A stretch of DNA of 63,647 nt, the filler included, from Basidiobolus ranarum (taxonomy: Eukaryota): the NCBI GenBank assembly GCA_040143965.1. It is 45 parts of 45 records of this genome, joined end to end, with 100 filler letters (N's around TTAATTAATTAA, not from the genome) between each part and the next. Parts side by side here need not be neighbours in the genome. Positions count along the whole stretch, not along the records: positions 1 to 1,322 come from JASJQH010005549.1; positions 1,423 to 2,744 come from JASJQH010005550.1; positions 2,845 to 4,165 come from JASJQH010005551.1; positions 4,266 to 5,586 come from JASJQH010005552.1; positions 5,687 to 7,007 come from JASJQH010005553.1; positions 7,108 to 8,428 come from JASJQH010005554.1; positions 8,529 to 9,849 come from JASJQH010005555.1; positions 9,950 to 11,270 come from JASJQH010005556.1; 37 more parts are not named here. One strand, written 5' to 3'. Below the pieces are notes generated by a model, which made no database searches, was not told where the DNA came from, and saw only the letters and a list, made by a program, of their open reading frames with translations. How positions within the stretch are numbered: the first letter of the stretch is position 1; every line of letters starts with the position of its first letter. Of this stretch, positions 1-11,370 are shown piece by piece. The translations under genes and the position numbers were made by a program.

Positions 1-963
1 CCTGCACCCTTTTGTTCTCTCACAATATCCCAAAAAAAGACATTTCTGGCTTTTTTGGTCTAATTTTGATCTCTTCTGATCTGGAATCATTGCATATGCA
101 GTACTTCCAAAAACTGTGAGATTGGCCACATCAGGTTTACTTCTAAACCAAGCTTAATAAGGTGTCATAGCCAACAGACACCTAGAAGGACATGTATTCC
201 TAATATATATCACAGTTGCAACCAATTCAGCCCAGAAATGCTTTGGTAAATCTTGATCAAGAACCATTGATCTAGCCTTTTCCATTATTGATCTGTTTGC
301 ACATTCTGCTACTCCATTCTGCTGTGGAGAATATGGCATTGTGGTCTGCTATTTTATCCCATGTGTTGAGCAGAAGTTGGAGAAGAGTTTTGAGGTATAT
401 TCCTCTCAATTATCAGTACAGATAATCTTAATATTTAGACCTGATTCAGTCTCCATTGTTGCTTTGAATTTCTTGAATGTATCAAAGGCTTCATCCTTAC
501 TGGCCAGAAAGTACACCAAATTATACTTTGTCTTATCATCAATAAAGATCATAAAATACCTTTTTCCACTAAAGGATTTTGTCTGCATTGGGCCACACAG
601 ATCTGAGTGTATCAGGCCCAATTTTTTGATCAATTTTGCTCATTCCAGAGCCCACAAATGGCTGTCTGTGCTGCCTACCATATAGGCAACCTTCACATAG
701 CTCCAGATCTGGTGGAATTACAAAATGTGGTCCCAAAACCATCTTGTTTTTGATCACATATCTCATATTTTCAGCTCCTAGATGACCCAATCTCCTGCGC
801 CAGATTTTCCAGTCTATCTCTTCAGCTGTGGCCGTATTAACTTGTTCATACATTGGCCTAATATAATGAATTTTATACAAGTTACTTTGCTTAGCTCCAG
901 AAGCTAAGTCATTCCTTTTTTGATCCCTGATTGAACAGCCATTTTGATCAAAATTAAAGCTAT
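1..963 (-). mobile_element. Ty1/Copia GAG-pre-integrase and integrase fragment, degenerate
   Basis: Motifs WRRRLGH, CEGCLYGRQHR, LIHSDLCGPM, FIDDKT and PYSPQQNGVAE, split by frameshifts and stops. Confidence 0.95.
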
Positions 964-1322
964 AGACTTGTTCCATTTTATTGAGCCAGATCAGGCCAGC
1001 TAAAAAGTGTGCCAGCACAAATTGGCATGATTGGGCACTATCTGGCACAATGTTATTTGCCATTTTGGAAACAGTTTATTTTATTTATGTGGTATGTTTA
1101 ATAAAAGTACTTTTAGACATTATTGCACATTCAAAAGATAATGAAAGCTTTATTCATAGTGTCTTAAGCCTAGAGCTCTCAATGGATATCTTTGAGTATG
1201 GATGTATTGAAAATTAATCAAGATTTTGACTACTTGGCCTAACTTTGATTGAGGCCCACAAAATAATTTTCCTCTATACTTTCCTGCTACAATGCTATAT
1301 CTCTTTAGGAAACCAAAGCTAT
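964..1322 (-). mobile_element. IS5/ISL2EU/Harbinger-like DNA transposon, transposase-side end, inserted in a Copia element
   Basis: Begins AGACTTGTTCCATTTTATTGAGCC and is the near-identical reverse complement of about 4386-4744. Confidence 0.75.
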
Positions 1323-1422
1323 NNNNNNNNNNNNNNNNNNNNNNNNNNNNNNNNNNNNNNNNNNNNTTAATTAATTAANNNNNNNNNNNNNNNNNNNNNN
1401 NNNNNNNNNNNNNNNNNNNNNN
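1323..1422. other. Artificial contig spacer N44-TTAATTAATTAA-N44 (first of 44, recurring every ~1.41-1.42 kb)
   Basis: The same 100-nt linker recurs throughout. The segments between linkers shrink steadily from 1322 to 1311 bp, as expected for size-sorted concatenated contigs. Confidence 0.99.
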
Positions 1423-1850
1423 CAAAATCATTCAATCTGATAATGGAACTGAGTTTGTTAACCAAGTCATCAAAGAACTCTGCCGTAACTCTGCCATTGA
1501 TCACAGACTGATCACTCCCTATCATCCTAAAGCCAATGGACTTGCAGAAAGACATGTTCAAACTTCTGTGAACATAATCCGTAAATCCATCAAAGGAGTC
1601 AAGAAGAATTGGGACAAGTCAATCCCAATGGTTCAATATGCTATCAACACCAAGATTGCTGCACTCCATGGATCCACTCCATTCTCACTTATGTTTGGAA
1701 GAATGTTCAACCCACTACAGAACTATCAAGATGTTCTACTCAAACCAATCAACACTGAAGACCTAGTCAAACGCCTTCAATTTCTAACAGATATAGTCTA
1801 TCCTGGAATCAACTCAAGTTGCAAAAGCAGTCAACAGAAGATGATACACT
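1423..1850 (+). mobile_element. Ty3/Gypsy integrase core fragment
   Basis: Frame reads SDNGTEFVNQ, TPYHPKANGLAER, YAINTK and STPFSLMFGR. Confidence 0.9.
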
Positions 1851-2844
1851 ATAGAAGCTATCAAGTTTTTAAAAAGAGGCTCATGTTTGTAGTGTGCATT
1901 GAACAGTCTATCACCAATGTAGCCCCCATAAAATCAGGGGCAATGCATAAAGGCATGTTTCCAGTACTATGTAGCTCAAAAGTTAGTGTGTTTTTCAAAT
2001 TTTAGAGGGTTCTATTGTGTACATTGCTTTTATTAATATTTTTTGAACTACCTTAGTTACAAATACATTGCTTTTGATACAACCTTTTATATTTGTAGCA
2101 CCCTTGTGCTGCACAGGCTATATAGCCTGAAAGTTAATTTTAATGACCATTTAGTTGTTTTATATATAAATAAGCATATATGGAGCTTAGTGCTAGTGAT
2201 ATGTCAATATTTGTAAAACATGAGCAGAAAGCTTTTTATCAATACTTTCAATATTTCTAGTTTTGTAATATAATTGTGATATCTCAAATATTCACATTCT
2301 TCTTTATGTAATTTTATATTCTTTACAAAGTTCTTATAATTATTACAAATCCATAATGTTAATCAAGTTTCCTCTTAACTCTCAATAGAATAGAAAGCAT
2401 ATTCCCAATAATTAATTTATGAATTATCAAGGTAAAAGTAGCCAGTCTACTCATAGTAATGTTAAAATACTTAAAAGCTTTCATAGTTTGAAGGAGAACA
2501 TCTGCTCTTTAGTTTCCCAGAAATCTGCAAATTAATAAAAATTAAAAAAATATTCAATATCTAAGAAATTTCCCAAAATTCATAAAAATTATAAAAGCTA
2601 GAATAGGCTGTGTTTCAATGTTGGAAACAGTGTCTCTTCCTCAGAGATGTCAAAGGTCAGAGATCTGACCTTTGGAAAATTTGAGCAAGCCCAATTCTTC
2701 CCATATACTAGTGACTTGAGTATATTGTGACAGAAGGGTGTACANNNNNNNNNNNNNNNNNNNNNNNNNNNNNNNNNNNNNNNNNNNNTTAATTAATTAA
2801 NNNNNNNNNNNNNNNNNNNNNNNNNNNNNNNNNNNNNNNNNNNN

Positions 2845-4165
2845 ACTCTGCTTCTGTAGTGGAAAGTGCTATGGTTGGTTGCTTCTTACTATTCCAAGTT
2901 ATGGCTCCATTACCATAGAGAAAAGTGTATCCAGTTGTTGATCTTCCATCATCAAGGTTTCTTCCCCAGTCTGCATCACTGTAGCCTTCAAAATTTTGTG
3001 CATCAGGAGTGGCAGAGTATTCCAGAACTAGATCTACAGTGCAACTCAAATATCTCATGATCTGTTTTATTGCAGTTTTGTGCTCTGATCCTGAATTTTT
3101 GTGATATTGGCTAACAGGTGTCACTGCCACAGCAATGTCTGGACATGTTCAAGCCATTGTATACATTGAACAATCAACCATGGATTGATAGGAGAGCTGC
3201 TGGCTTTGATTTGGGTCACTTGGGCCAAATCAGATGAAGTTTTGATTGAATTCACATTTGGATCCATTGGTGTTGATACAGGCTTGCTATTCTCTTTGTT
3301 GAAGCCTTTAAGGATGTCTAGGAAGTATATAGATTGATTCAGCATGCTGCTTGGACTGGATTTATCTCTCTCAATTTGGATTCTAAGAAAAGAACTTAAC
3401 TCACCCATATCAATTGTTTGAAATTAGCTTGATAAGCTGCTTTTGTCTGTTTAAGTGCTTTTAGGACATTTGAGCCTATGATCAAGTTATCCTCATATAG
3501 TACCAAGATAGGGATCTGATTTGCAGCTATTTAAATATAAATACTATGACCTGCTTTGCATTTTTGGAATTGAAGTGATTATGAATAGATATCTATCTTA
3601 ATGCACCATGCCCTGGGTACTTGCTTGAGTCCATATTGCAATGTTTGCAGTTTACAGACCATATCAGGGTGTTTTGGGTCTATAAATCTATCAATTTGCT
3701 CCATATAGAACTCTTTGCCTAGATTTGCATTCAGAAAGGCTGTTTTACATCCATTAGATATACATCAAAGTTATGGAGATCTGAGAGTGCCAGGATTGAT
3801 CTAATGGAGCTAAACTTGGCTACTGGAGCAACAGTTTCATTAAAATCAACCTTTGGAGTCTGGGAATAACCTGGTGCTACTAAACATGCTTTGTATCTCT
3901 GTGGTTCTATCAGCTTGGTTTTTAATTTTTGTAGACCTTTGTACAATCTATTGGCTTTTTTCCAGATGGTAGAGGACTGATACCACATATTTTATTATAT
4001 GTGAATATAGAGAACTCATAAGACACTGCTTGATCCAATAACTTTGATTCTGCACACTCCAGAGCTAATCTAGAGTCTGTAAATTGGCACAGAATGCTGC
4101 ATAAGCATATATTTCATCAGTTTGAGTTTCCACCAGTGCCCTAGCTTATTTCTTCTTGTGGGGCC
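2845..4165 (-). mobile_element. Ty1/Copia reverse transcriptase and RNase H fragment, degenerate
   Basis: Motifs YKACLVAPGYSQ, DFNETVAPVAK, GYSDADW, RSTTGY and KKQPTIALSTTEAE. Confidence 0.95.
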
Positions 4166-4265
4166 NNNNNNNNNNNNNNNNNNNNNNNNNNNNNNNNNNN
4201 NNNNNNNNNTTAATTAATTAANNNNNNNNNNNNNNNNNNNNNNNNNNNNNNNNNNNNNNNNNNNN

Positions 4266-4744
4266 GGGAAGAATGCAGAAGGCTACGATGTGTCACTGCT
4301 AACAAGAGGCCCAGAGGGGGGATACTCATAGTAAGGCAAAAGCTTTATAATGACATATTTTCCCATTTTAGAGCAAGAGTAGAACATAGCTTTGGTTTCC
4401 TAAAGAGATATAGCATTGTAGCAGGAAAGTATAGAGGAAAATTATTTTGTGGGCCTCACTCAAAGTCAGGCAAAGTAGTCAAAATCTTGATTAATTCTCA
4501 ATATATTCATACTCAAAGATATCCATTGAGAGCTCTAGACTCAAGACACTATGAATAAAGTTGTCATCATCTTTTGAATATGCAATAATGTCTAAAAGTA
4601 CTTTTCTTAAATATACCACATAAGTAAAATAGACTGTTTCCAAAATGGAAATTAACATCATACCAGATAGTGCCCTTTCATGCCAATTGGTGCTGGCATG
4701 CTTTTTAGCTGGCCTGATCTGGCTCAATAAAATGGAACAAGTCT
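4266..4744 (+). mobile_element. IS5/ISL2EU/Harbinger-like transposon: C-terminus of DDE transposase (stop at 4556-4558) plus terminal inverted repeat
   Basis: Manual translation gives NKRPRGGILIVRQKLYNDIFSHFRARVEHSFGFLKRYSIVAGKYRG, matching the DDE_Tnp_4 pattern KxPRGGxLxxxQxxYNxxxSxxRxxVExxFGxLK. The element ends ATGGAACAAGTCT. Confidence 0.8.
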
Positions 4745-5445
4745 AGTATCTATCCCAATGGAAACAAATCTTGACTTGACCATAAATGGCTCAAATCAGA
4801 TGGTCTTGGATTCAAACAAAAACAAGAAATTTTCTTATCAATCTATGGTTTGTAGCTTGATATATATCATGGTTGGAACATGGCCAGATATTGCACATTC
4901 TGTGGGAGTCATGTGCAATTTCTTCAAAATTTTGGATCTGATCAAATCATTACAGTCAAGCAGATTTTCAGATATTTTAGAGGTACTCTGGATCTATGCA
5001 TAAAATACACATTTTCTGGATTGAACTTTGATCTGATAGGTAATTCAGATGCATATTGGGGAAGAGATATTGAAGATAGGAGATCTACAATAGGATACTT
5101 ATATCTTTGCTAGGATGGAGCTATTTATTTGACTTCTAAGAAACAACCTGCCATAGCACTTTCAACAACCAAAGCTGAATACATGGCTGCTTGTGAACCA
5201 ACAAATGAAGCAATATGGTTAAGAAAGCATGAAATAGATTTAAGTTATTCTAAAAATTCACCACCTACAATGTTTCAAGATAATCAAAGTTGTATCAAAG
5301 ACATGATTGCTGCTATATTAATCAAACCATTAGCCAGACAGAAATTCAAAAATTGAGACCTTTATTAGAGATAGTTTATATGACTATTTAGTTGAGGGAG
5401 TATGTTGAAATTAGCATTGCCTAAAAACCTGTATAGTCATATATA
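4745..5445 (+). mobile_element. Copia RT/RNase H 3' part, polypurine tract and start of LTR family A (5403)
   Basis: GTWPDIA, SDAYWGRDIEDRRSTIGY and ALSTTKAEY, then GTTGAGGGAG followed by TGTTGAAATTAGC. Confidence 0.9.
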
Positions 5446-5586
5446 AGACTTGTTACATCGGACCAGGTCAGATCATGCTGCTTGATCCAGCCTGCTAGTA
5501 CACCATCTGGCGCGATCTGTCAATTACCATGGCTGGGTCCTATAACACTCGATCGGACACTATAAGGAACAATATGGCACTATCCC
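5446..5586. mobile_element. Opposite end of the AGACTTG DNA transposon, inserted in LTR-A
   Basis: Starts AGACTTGTTACATCGGACCAGG. Homologous to 56808 onward and to the reverse complement of 48211-48330. Confidence 0.7.
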
Positions 5587-5686
5587 NNNNNNNNNNNNNN
5601 NNNNNNNNNNNNNNNNNNNNNNNNNNNNNNTTAATTAATTAANNNNNNNNNNNNNNNNNNNNNNNNNNNNNNNNNNNNNNNNNNNN

Positions 5687-7007
5687 TGAAATTTGGAATA
5701 GCACTGACACTTAGCAAATAGTTGACTCTTGTTACCAGTCATGATGTGAATTAGCTGTGGGATTTTTGGAAGTTGCCTTAATGTTTACGCCAATATATAC
5801 CCAGCTTGCAGTCAACAAATGCCCTCCCACAAGTAGAGGTGTCATTGCTTGAATAGATTACCCCATGGCTAAAACAATAATACTGTATATCTTGATCTAT
5901 CTCATCAAGAAGTCTGTCTTGCAGCTTTCCTAAAAATACAGTCAGATTATCACACAAACAAATCAGTTTAACATCTGAAATTTAGAATAGCACCAACACA
6001 AGGCAAATAGTTAACACTTGTTATCATTGACAATGAGAATAGTCTCTTTGATTATGGCAAATTTTTGTCTTGAATTCTGCCTAAGTATGCTCAACTTGCA
6101 ATCAACAAATGTCATGAAACAAGGAGAAGTGCCATTGCTGGAATAGATCAGCCCATATAAAATTGATTTTATCCACATTGGATCCACCCTTCTTGAGTGC
6201 AAAACCATCAGAAGACCTCCACAATATTGATGTCCTGTATCTGCCAGATATGTTAATGGTTTGATGGTGACTTCCTAGCACTATTGTGATGGCAATCAAG
6301 CATCCGGAAATATTAATCCTCAACATTTGGCATGGACTGTTCAATTTCCAATAATACTGGGAAAAATCCAACTTTCAAATGGCAAATTACTGAGTTTACA
6401 GCTATAGCAATTTGAATTACATTCATGCCTTTATTTAGATATTTTAGGCTTTGTATTTCAGCCATAATGTATATCATAAACATAAGAATCTTGTTGTATT
6501 TGGTGTCTATGTATTCACATACTTGACTGATAAGACTTTACTCAACAACATTGCCCTAACAGAAATTTGAGGATTGTTATTGTAGGAAAACCAACACAAT
6601 TTTAATCCATTTGGGATTGACCATTTACTTGCCATCATAAAGTTGTCAAGTTAGATTTGATTTTAATCAATTTTTTCAGTTACAGGAGTGAAATTTCAAG
6701 ATCTTGCAAAATAGTTGCACATGATTGGCTACAATCTCAGAGACTATAGATCAATGCATGTGCAAAGAACATTACTCAAATTTTACCCATTTATCACTTG
6801 AATGCTAATTTGTCACCTTTGAAATTCTTAGTTTCTTTGATATTTTCATCTAAATATTTTTATAGAGTTCCTTGTACCCAAGGTTTAGCTCTTATCCAAC
6901 ACAAGTTTGTATCAATTTCTCCATCAAAGCCCACCATTGTATTAACGTTGCTGCATCAACATTCTTCCAGCAATCTGGCAGATACCCTGCAATATTGTGC
7001 CACTCTA
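5687..7007. mobile_element. CACTA-like element: rearranged and duplicated transposase 3' region (5687-6553) with a second copy's end inserted at 6554
   Basis: A unit of about 290 bp repeats at 5687 and about 5977. CCCTAACAGAAA starts at 6554 and is homologous to 25563-26101 and 35478-35603. Confidence 0.7.
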
Positions 7008-7107
7008 NNNNNNNNNNNNNNNNNNNNNNNNNNNNNNNNNNNNNNNNNNNNTTAATTAATTAANNNNNNNNNNNNNNNNNNNNNNNNNNNNNNNNNNNNN
7101 NNNNNNN

Positions 7108-7367
7108 ATGTCACCGATAACTCAGAGATAGTTGGTGGCGGTCCTTGGGGATCAGGCACCATCACCAACAGTGATGGATCTCGTATGCCATCCCAGAAGG
7201 AGCATGAAGTAGCCGAGTTGCAAGGACAAAACTATGGTGAGATTGTGCTTCGTCACACTCAGCCCCAAATAGTGGAAAAAATCGTTGAGAAGATCGTAGA
7301 AAAGGAGGTTCCAGCTAAGGCTGAAGTGGCCAAGAAGAAATCATTCCTTCAGAAGATATTTGCTTAA
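7108..7367 (+). CDS. WrbA/Pst2/Ycp4-family flavodoxin-like NAD(P)H:quinone oxidoreductase, 3' part (5' end cut by contig edge)
   Basis: Frame from 7110 reads VTDNSEIVGGGPWGSGTITNSDGSRMPSQKEHEVAELQG, matching the family GGSPWGAGT..G.DGSR.PS..E...A..QG motif. CpG is retained. Confidence 0.9.
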
Positions 7368-8108
7368 ATACCAGTTCAGTTTTATCAGCCGCATTTTATG
7401 TACCATAATGATATTTTCTTCACTTAAGCGGCGAACACGCTTAGTTCAAGATTTTAATAGTATGAAATACCTTTTTTTAATAGAACAATAAACAACAAAA
7501 TACGAGTAATACTCAATGAGCCTGAAAATTCTGTTGTCTAATGAATATATTCAATGAGTTTCCTGTAAAGAAATTAGGCCTTAGGCTTACAGGGACGTAT
7601 GAATATTTTTGATTAGCATATCAAAGTATTATCGCCTCTTGGTTTAAACCTGTGTTTCAAATTCTTCACACAAATTTTGATATGAGGTTGACGCCGGATG
7701 CCATGGTGATATATGTACTCTAGAACCCACCATATAGCAAGCAGTATGAGTGCACTTCGTAAGCTCAAATATTGGTATCATTGCTTGTATTCGACTATTA
7801 TAGACAAGAGATCTCAAGATTTGATGACTTTTCATCCAACGAAATGGAGAGCATATTAATGCGACATATCGTGATATAGATGTACGTGATAAATAAGCAA
7901 TCTACGGGAAATTAATACCTTGATTTGTAGTTGGATCTGAGCCAGGCTTCGTCGGTCGGAATAACACTACATATGTGGAAAATATATCCCATCAATTTTC
8001 CGTTGAAAACTGTACAACCATTTTGGAATAAATACTGCCTGTTGACTAAACTTTTTTATCAACAAACTCACATTCTCCACATTTACAGATAACATATCAG
8101 AATTTACA

Positions 8109-8428
8109 ATGGCTGCCCAATCCAAGACTAAGATTTTCATCATCCTCTACACTGTCTATGGCCATATATACGAGTTGGCCAAGTCAGTCAAGAAGGGAAT
8201 CGAGAAGAGTGGCAACATCGAGGTCACTATTTACCAGGTTCCTGAGACCCTATCGAATGAAATCCTTGCTAAGCTGCACGCCCCACCCAAGCCAGACATC
8301 CCAGTCATCACACCGGCTATGCTGACAGAAGCTGATGGGTTCTTCTTCGGTATTCCTACCAGATTTGGAGCAATGCCTGCTCAATTCCAACAGTTCTGGG
8401 ATGCCACTGGTGCACTTTGGGCTCAAGG
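8109..8428 (+). CDS. Second WrbA-family flavodoxin-like quinone reductase, 5' part (3' end cut by contig edge)
   Basis: YTVYGHI FMN-binding loop, QVPETL, ADGFFFGIPTRFG and FWDATGALW. Confidence 0.95.
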
Positions 8429-8528
8429 NNNNNNNNNNNNNNNNNNNNNNNNNNNNNNNNNNNNNNNNNNNNTTAATTAATTAANNNNNNNNNNNNNNNN
8501 NNNNNNNNNNNNNNNNNNNNNNNNNNNN

Positions 8529-9116
8529 ACTAGTAAGAAGCAACCATCCATATCACTTTCAACTACTGAAGCAGAGTATATGGCTGCCTCTGCTGCTACA
8601 CAAGAAGCTATGTGGTTAAGGAAGTTATTTACAGACTTAGGATAAGTGCAAAAATGTGTTCTTAGCATATTTCAAGATAATCAAAGTTGTATTTATTTGC
8701 TAAAACCCAACAATTTATACTGGAACAAAACATATAGATATTAGCCATCATTTTGTAAGAGAAGCAATAGGGAATAATATAATTGAACTTGTCTATTGCT
8801 CTACAGAAGAAGTGATTGCTGACATCTGAACCAAACCTTTACCAAGAGCACAATTTGAATTATCAAGATATATGTTAGGTTTAAGAGAAACAAAAAATCA
8901 TTAATCAAGTGGGAATGTTGATATTATATAAATAGCAACTCTTCAATTTGTAGTTAGTTTATTCATATTCTGATTATTTAGCACTGAGTTCCACCACTCG
9001 GAAGTGTGTGTTTATTGCTCTAATTGTTAGAAGTATCAAATAGATCACCTTTACCAATACTCACTATTTTCTTGAAACTTCTCCAAATCATCTCAAATTT
9101 TCATGCATGCTTAACA
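8529..9116 (+). mobile_element. Copia RNase H end, polypurine tract and putative 3' LTR (family C, about 8916-9116)
   Basis: [15 protein letters not shown] and KHIDI motifs, then AAGTGGGAA followed by TGTTGA...TTAACA. Confidence 0.8.
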
Positions 9117-9429
9117 GGCATGTTTGTAATGATCTAATCATGTTCAATAGTCCTATTTTATAGTATAATATAAGAAGACATATTCAATTCAATAAAACTT
9201 AAGCGTCTAACTCACAAATCCATATCTTGTCCAAAACACTTCCAAATCCCCTAAATACTTTTATCAAAGATGACATTTCTCACAGAAATTTAGCAGTATC
9301 TGTGATTCAAGATTATTTGGAACAGAACTTTAAAAACCATCAAGCTAATGAAGAGCTGTTACATCAAGTAAATCTTAGCAATATTCAAGATGTTAGATTG
9401 AAAACATGTGTCTACCACAATGGATGACA

Positions 9430-9750
9430 GAATATATGGGGGTAACTCAAGCAGTGTAAGAGGTCATATGATTTGAGAGTCTTCTGATAGACTTGAACTT
9501 CATGCAATCAAGATTCATCATATCAAATGAAGAAAATCAGGGAAGTATTGCCCTGACCAAGAATTCTGCTTTTGACAGTTAGACTAAACACATTGATAAT
9601 CAGCACAGTCTGGTGAGGGAGATGCTTCAAGCAGATATTATACATCTGAAATAAGGTCCAACAGACAATATGTTTGCCAATGCTCTGACCAAAGCAATAT
9701 CAAATGAGAAGTATGCCAGCTGGGTGAATGTGCTAGGACTTGGAAGTTTG
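9430..9750 (+). mobile_element. Highly decayed Copia RNase H remnant
   Basis: Remnants of ENQGSIALTKN and TKHID. Confidence 0.6.
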
Positions 9751-9949
9751 CAATAACACTAACAACAGTAAGTATTGGAATATGCTTTGCGAGGGGCTGT
9801 GGTAGTGTGGTCAGGTGGTAGTGTTGCTTACGATAGCTTGACAATTGGCNNNNNNNNNNNNNNNNNNNNNNNNNNNNNNNNNNNNNNNNNNNNTTAATTA
9901 ATTAANNNNNNNNNNNNNNNNNNNNNNNNNNNNNNNNNNNNNNNNNNNN

Positions 9950-11270
9950 CAAGAGCTAAAACTGCCAAGAAGGTATGGAAAGCCTTGGAAGACACCTATC
10001 AAGCAAGTTCTGCTGCCAACAAAATGTTTCTAAGAAGACAATTGCTTAACTTAAAGATGAAGACCAGCAAAGACATTAAATCACTAATTAATAGAATAAC
10101 TATATAGTGGATGAAATGGAATGTATTGGAGTACCTACCACTGATCAAGATATCTTAGTTACAGTCCTGAATAGCCTGCCACACAAGTTTCAGAGTCTAG
10201 TAATGGCTCTAGAATCAAGAATTGAAATATTTACCTTAACATATGTATTTAGAATACTTCTGGATAAAGATTTACACAAATCAGGACTCAACAAAAAGAA
10301 TGAGGAAAATGCTTTAATAGGATATGAGAAACCTTGCTATAAAGGTCTACAGCACAAAAGTAACACATTCTGTGATTACTGTAAAAGAACTGGCTATTTA
10401 AGCAAAGATTGCTTTAAAAGAATTGCAAAAGAAAAAAAACATACTGAATCTGGAAAAGTGGTTGCAACAGAAGAGCACTTGTTCATATCTATGCTATCTA
10501 TGACTACCAACAAGGATTCACAGATGCAGTATATTGATTCTGGAGCTTCCTAACATTTCACAAATCAAAAACATTGGTGTGTGGAATATGAAGATATCCC
10601 AATTACAATGCTTTTCATGGGAGATGATCACACATTGGATGCTATTGGAATGGGAACAATTTGAGTCAATTTAACTGGAGCTTCTGAAGAGAAAGTTTAT
10701 ACCTTTAAGGATATACTACATGTTCCAGATATTCCCAAGAATTTAATATCTGTATGCATGGCCACCTCCAAATGGCTAAAATTCAATTTTGATAGGTCAC
10801 AATGCATCATCACTGATAAAAATGGGAAGGTTTTAGCTTTTGGAGAAAAGGATCAAAACTTACACAAACTTAAATGGAATTTAACCCCCCAACTAAAATG
10901 GAAATATATGAGGGTTGTATATATGGAAAACAAGCCAGGCAACCATTCAAGAGCTCTGGTTTAATCAAATCTGTCACAAAATTTGATATAATTCTTTCTG
11001 ATTTAGGTGGACCTATGCAAAATTTATATTTAGGCCAAAAAAGATATTTAATCACATTTATTGGTGATTATACAAAATACTCTTGGGTTAACTTTATGGA
11101 AAGAAAAGAAGAAGCTCTCTCTATCTTTAGAGATTTTAAAACACTTGTGAAGACTGATACTAGAACTAAAATGAAGAATATTGTTGAAGTTTATTGTCTT
11201 TATCATATTTGTTATCTGCATCTTTATACACCTAACTATTTCATATATTACATATAAGTTAGTTAACATT
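9950..11270 (+). mobile_element. Copia gag-protease-integrase fragment (family A), interrupted by LTR family B at about 11181
   Basis: Gag LNSLP motif, zinc knuckle CDYCKRTG..SKDC, protease IDSGAS and SDLGGPM, then TGTTGAAGTTTATTGTC. Confidence 0.92.
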
Positions 11271-11370
11271 NNNNNNNNNNNNNNNNNNNNNNNNNNNNNN
11301 NNNNNNNNNNNNNNTTAATTAATTAANNNNNNNNNNNNNNNNNNNNNNNNNNNNNNNNNNNNNNNNNNNN

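Noticed and set aside
981..1217. Conserved 78-aa ORF MSQIRPAKK (also 4491-4727) as a small novel gene
   Set aside because: It is antisense to the transposase 3' end and subterminal region, starts at TTG, and its conservation is explained by TE copy identity.
1367..1378. Regularly spaced TTAATTAATTAA as a CRISPR-like array or biological repeat
   Set aside because: It is always embedded in exactly 44 N on each side and is a synthetic six-frame-stop linker.
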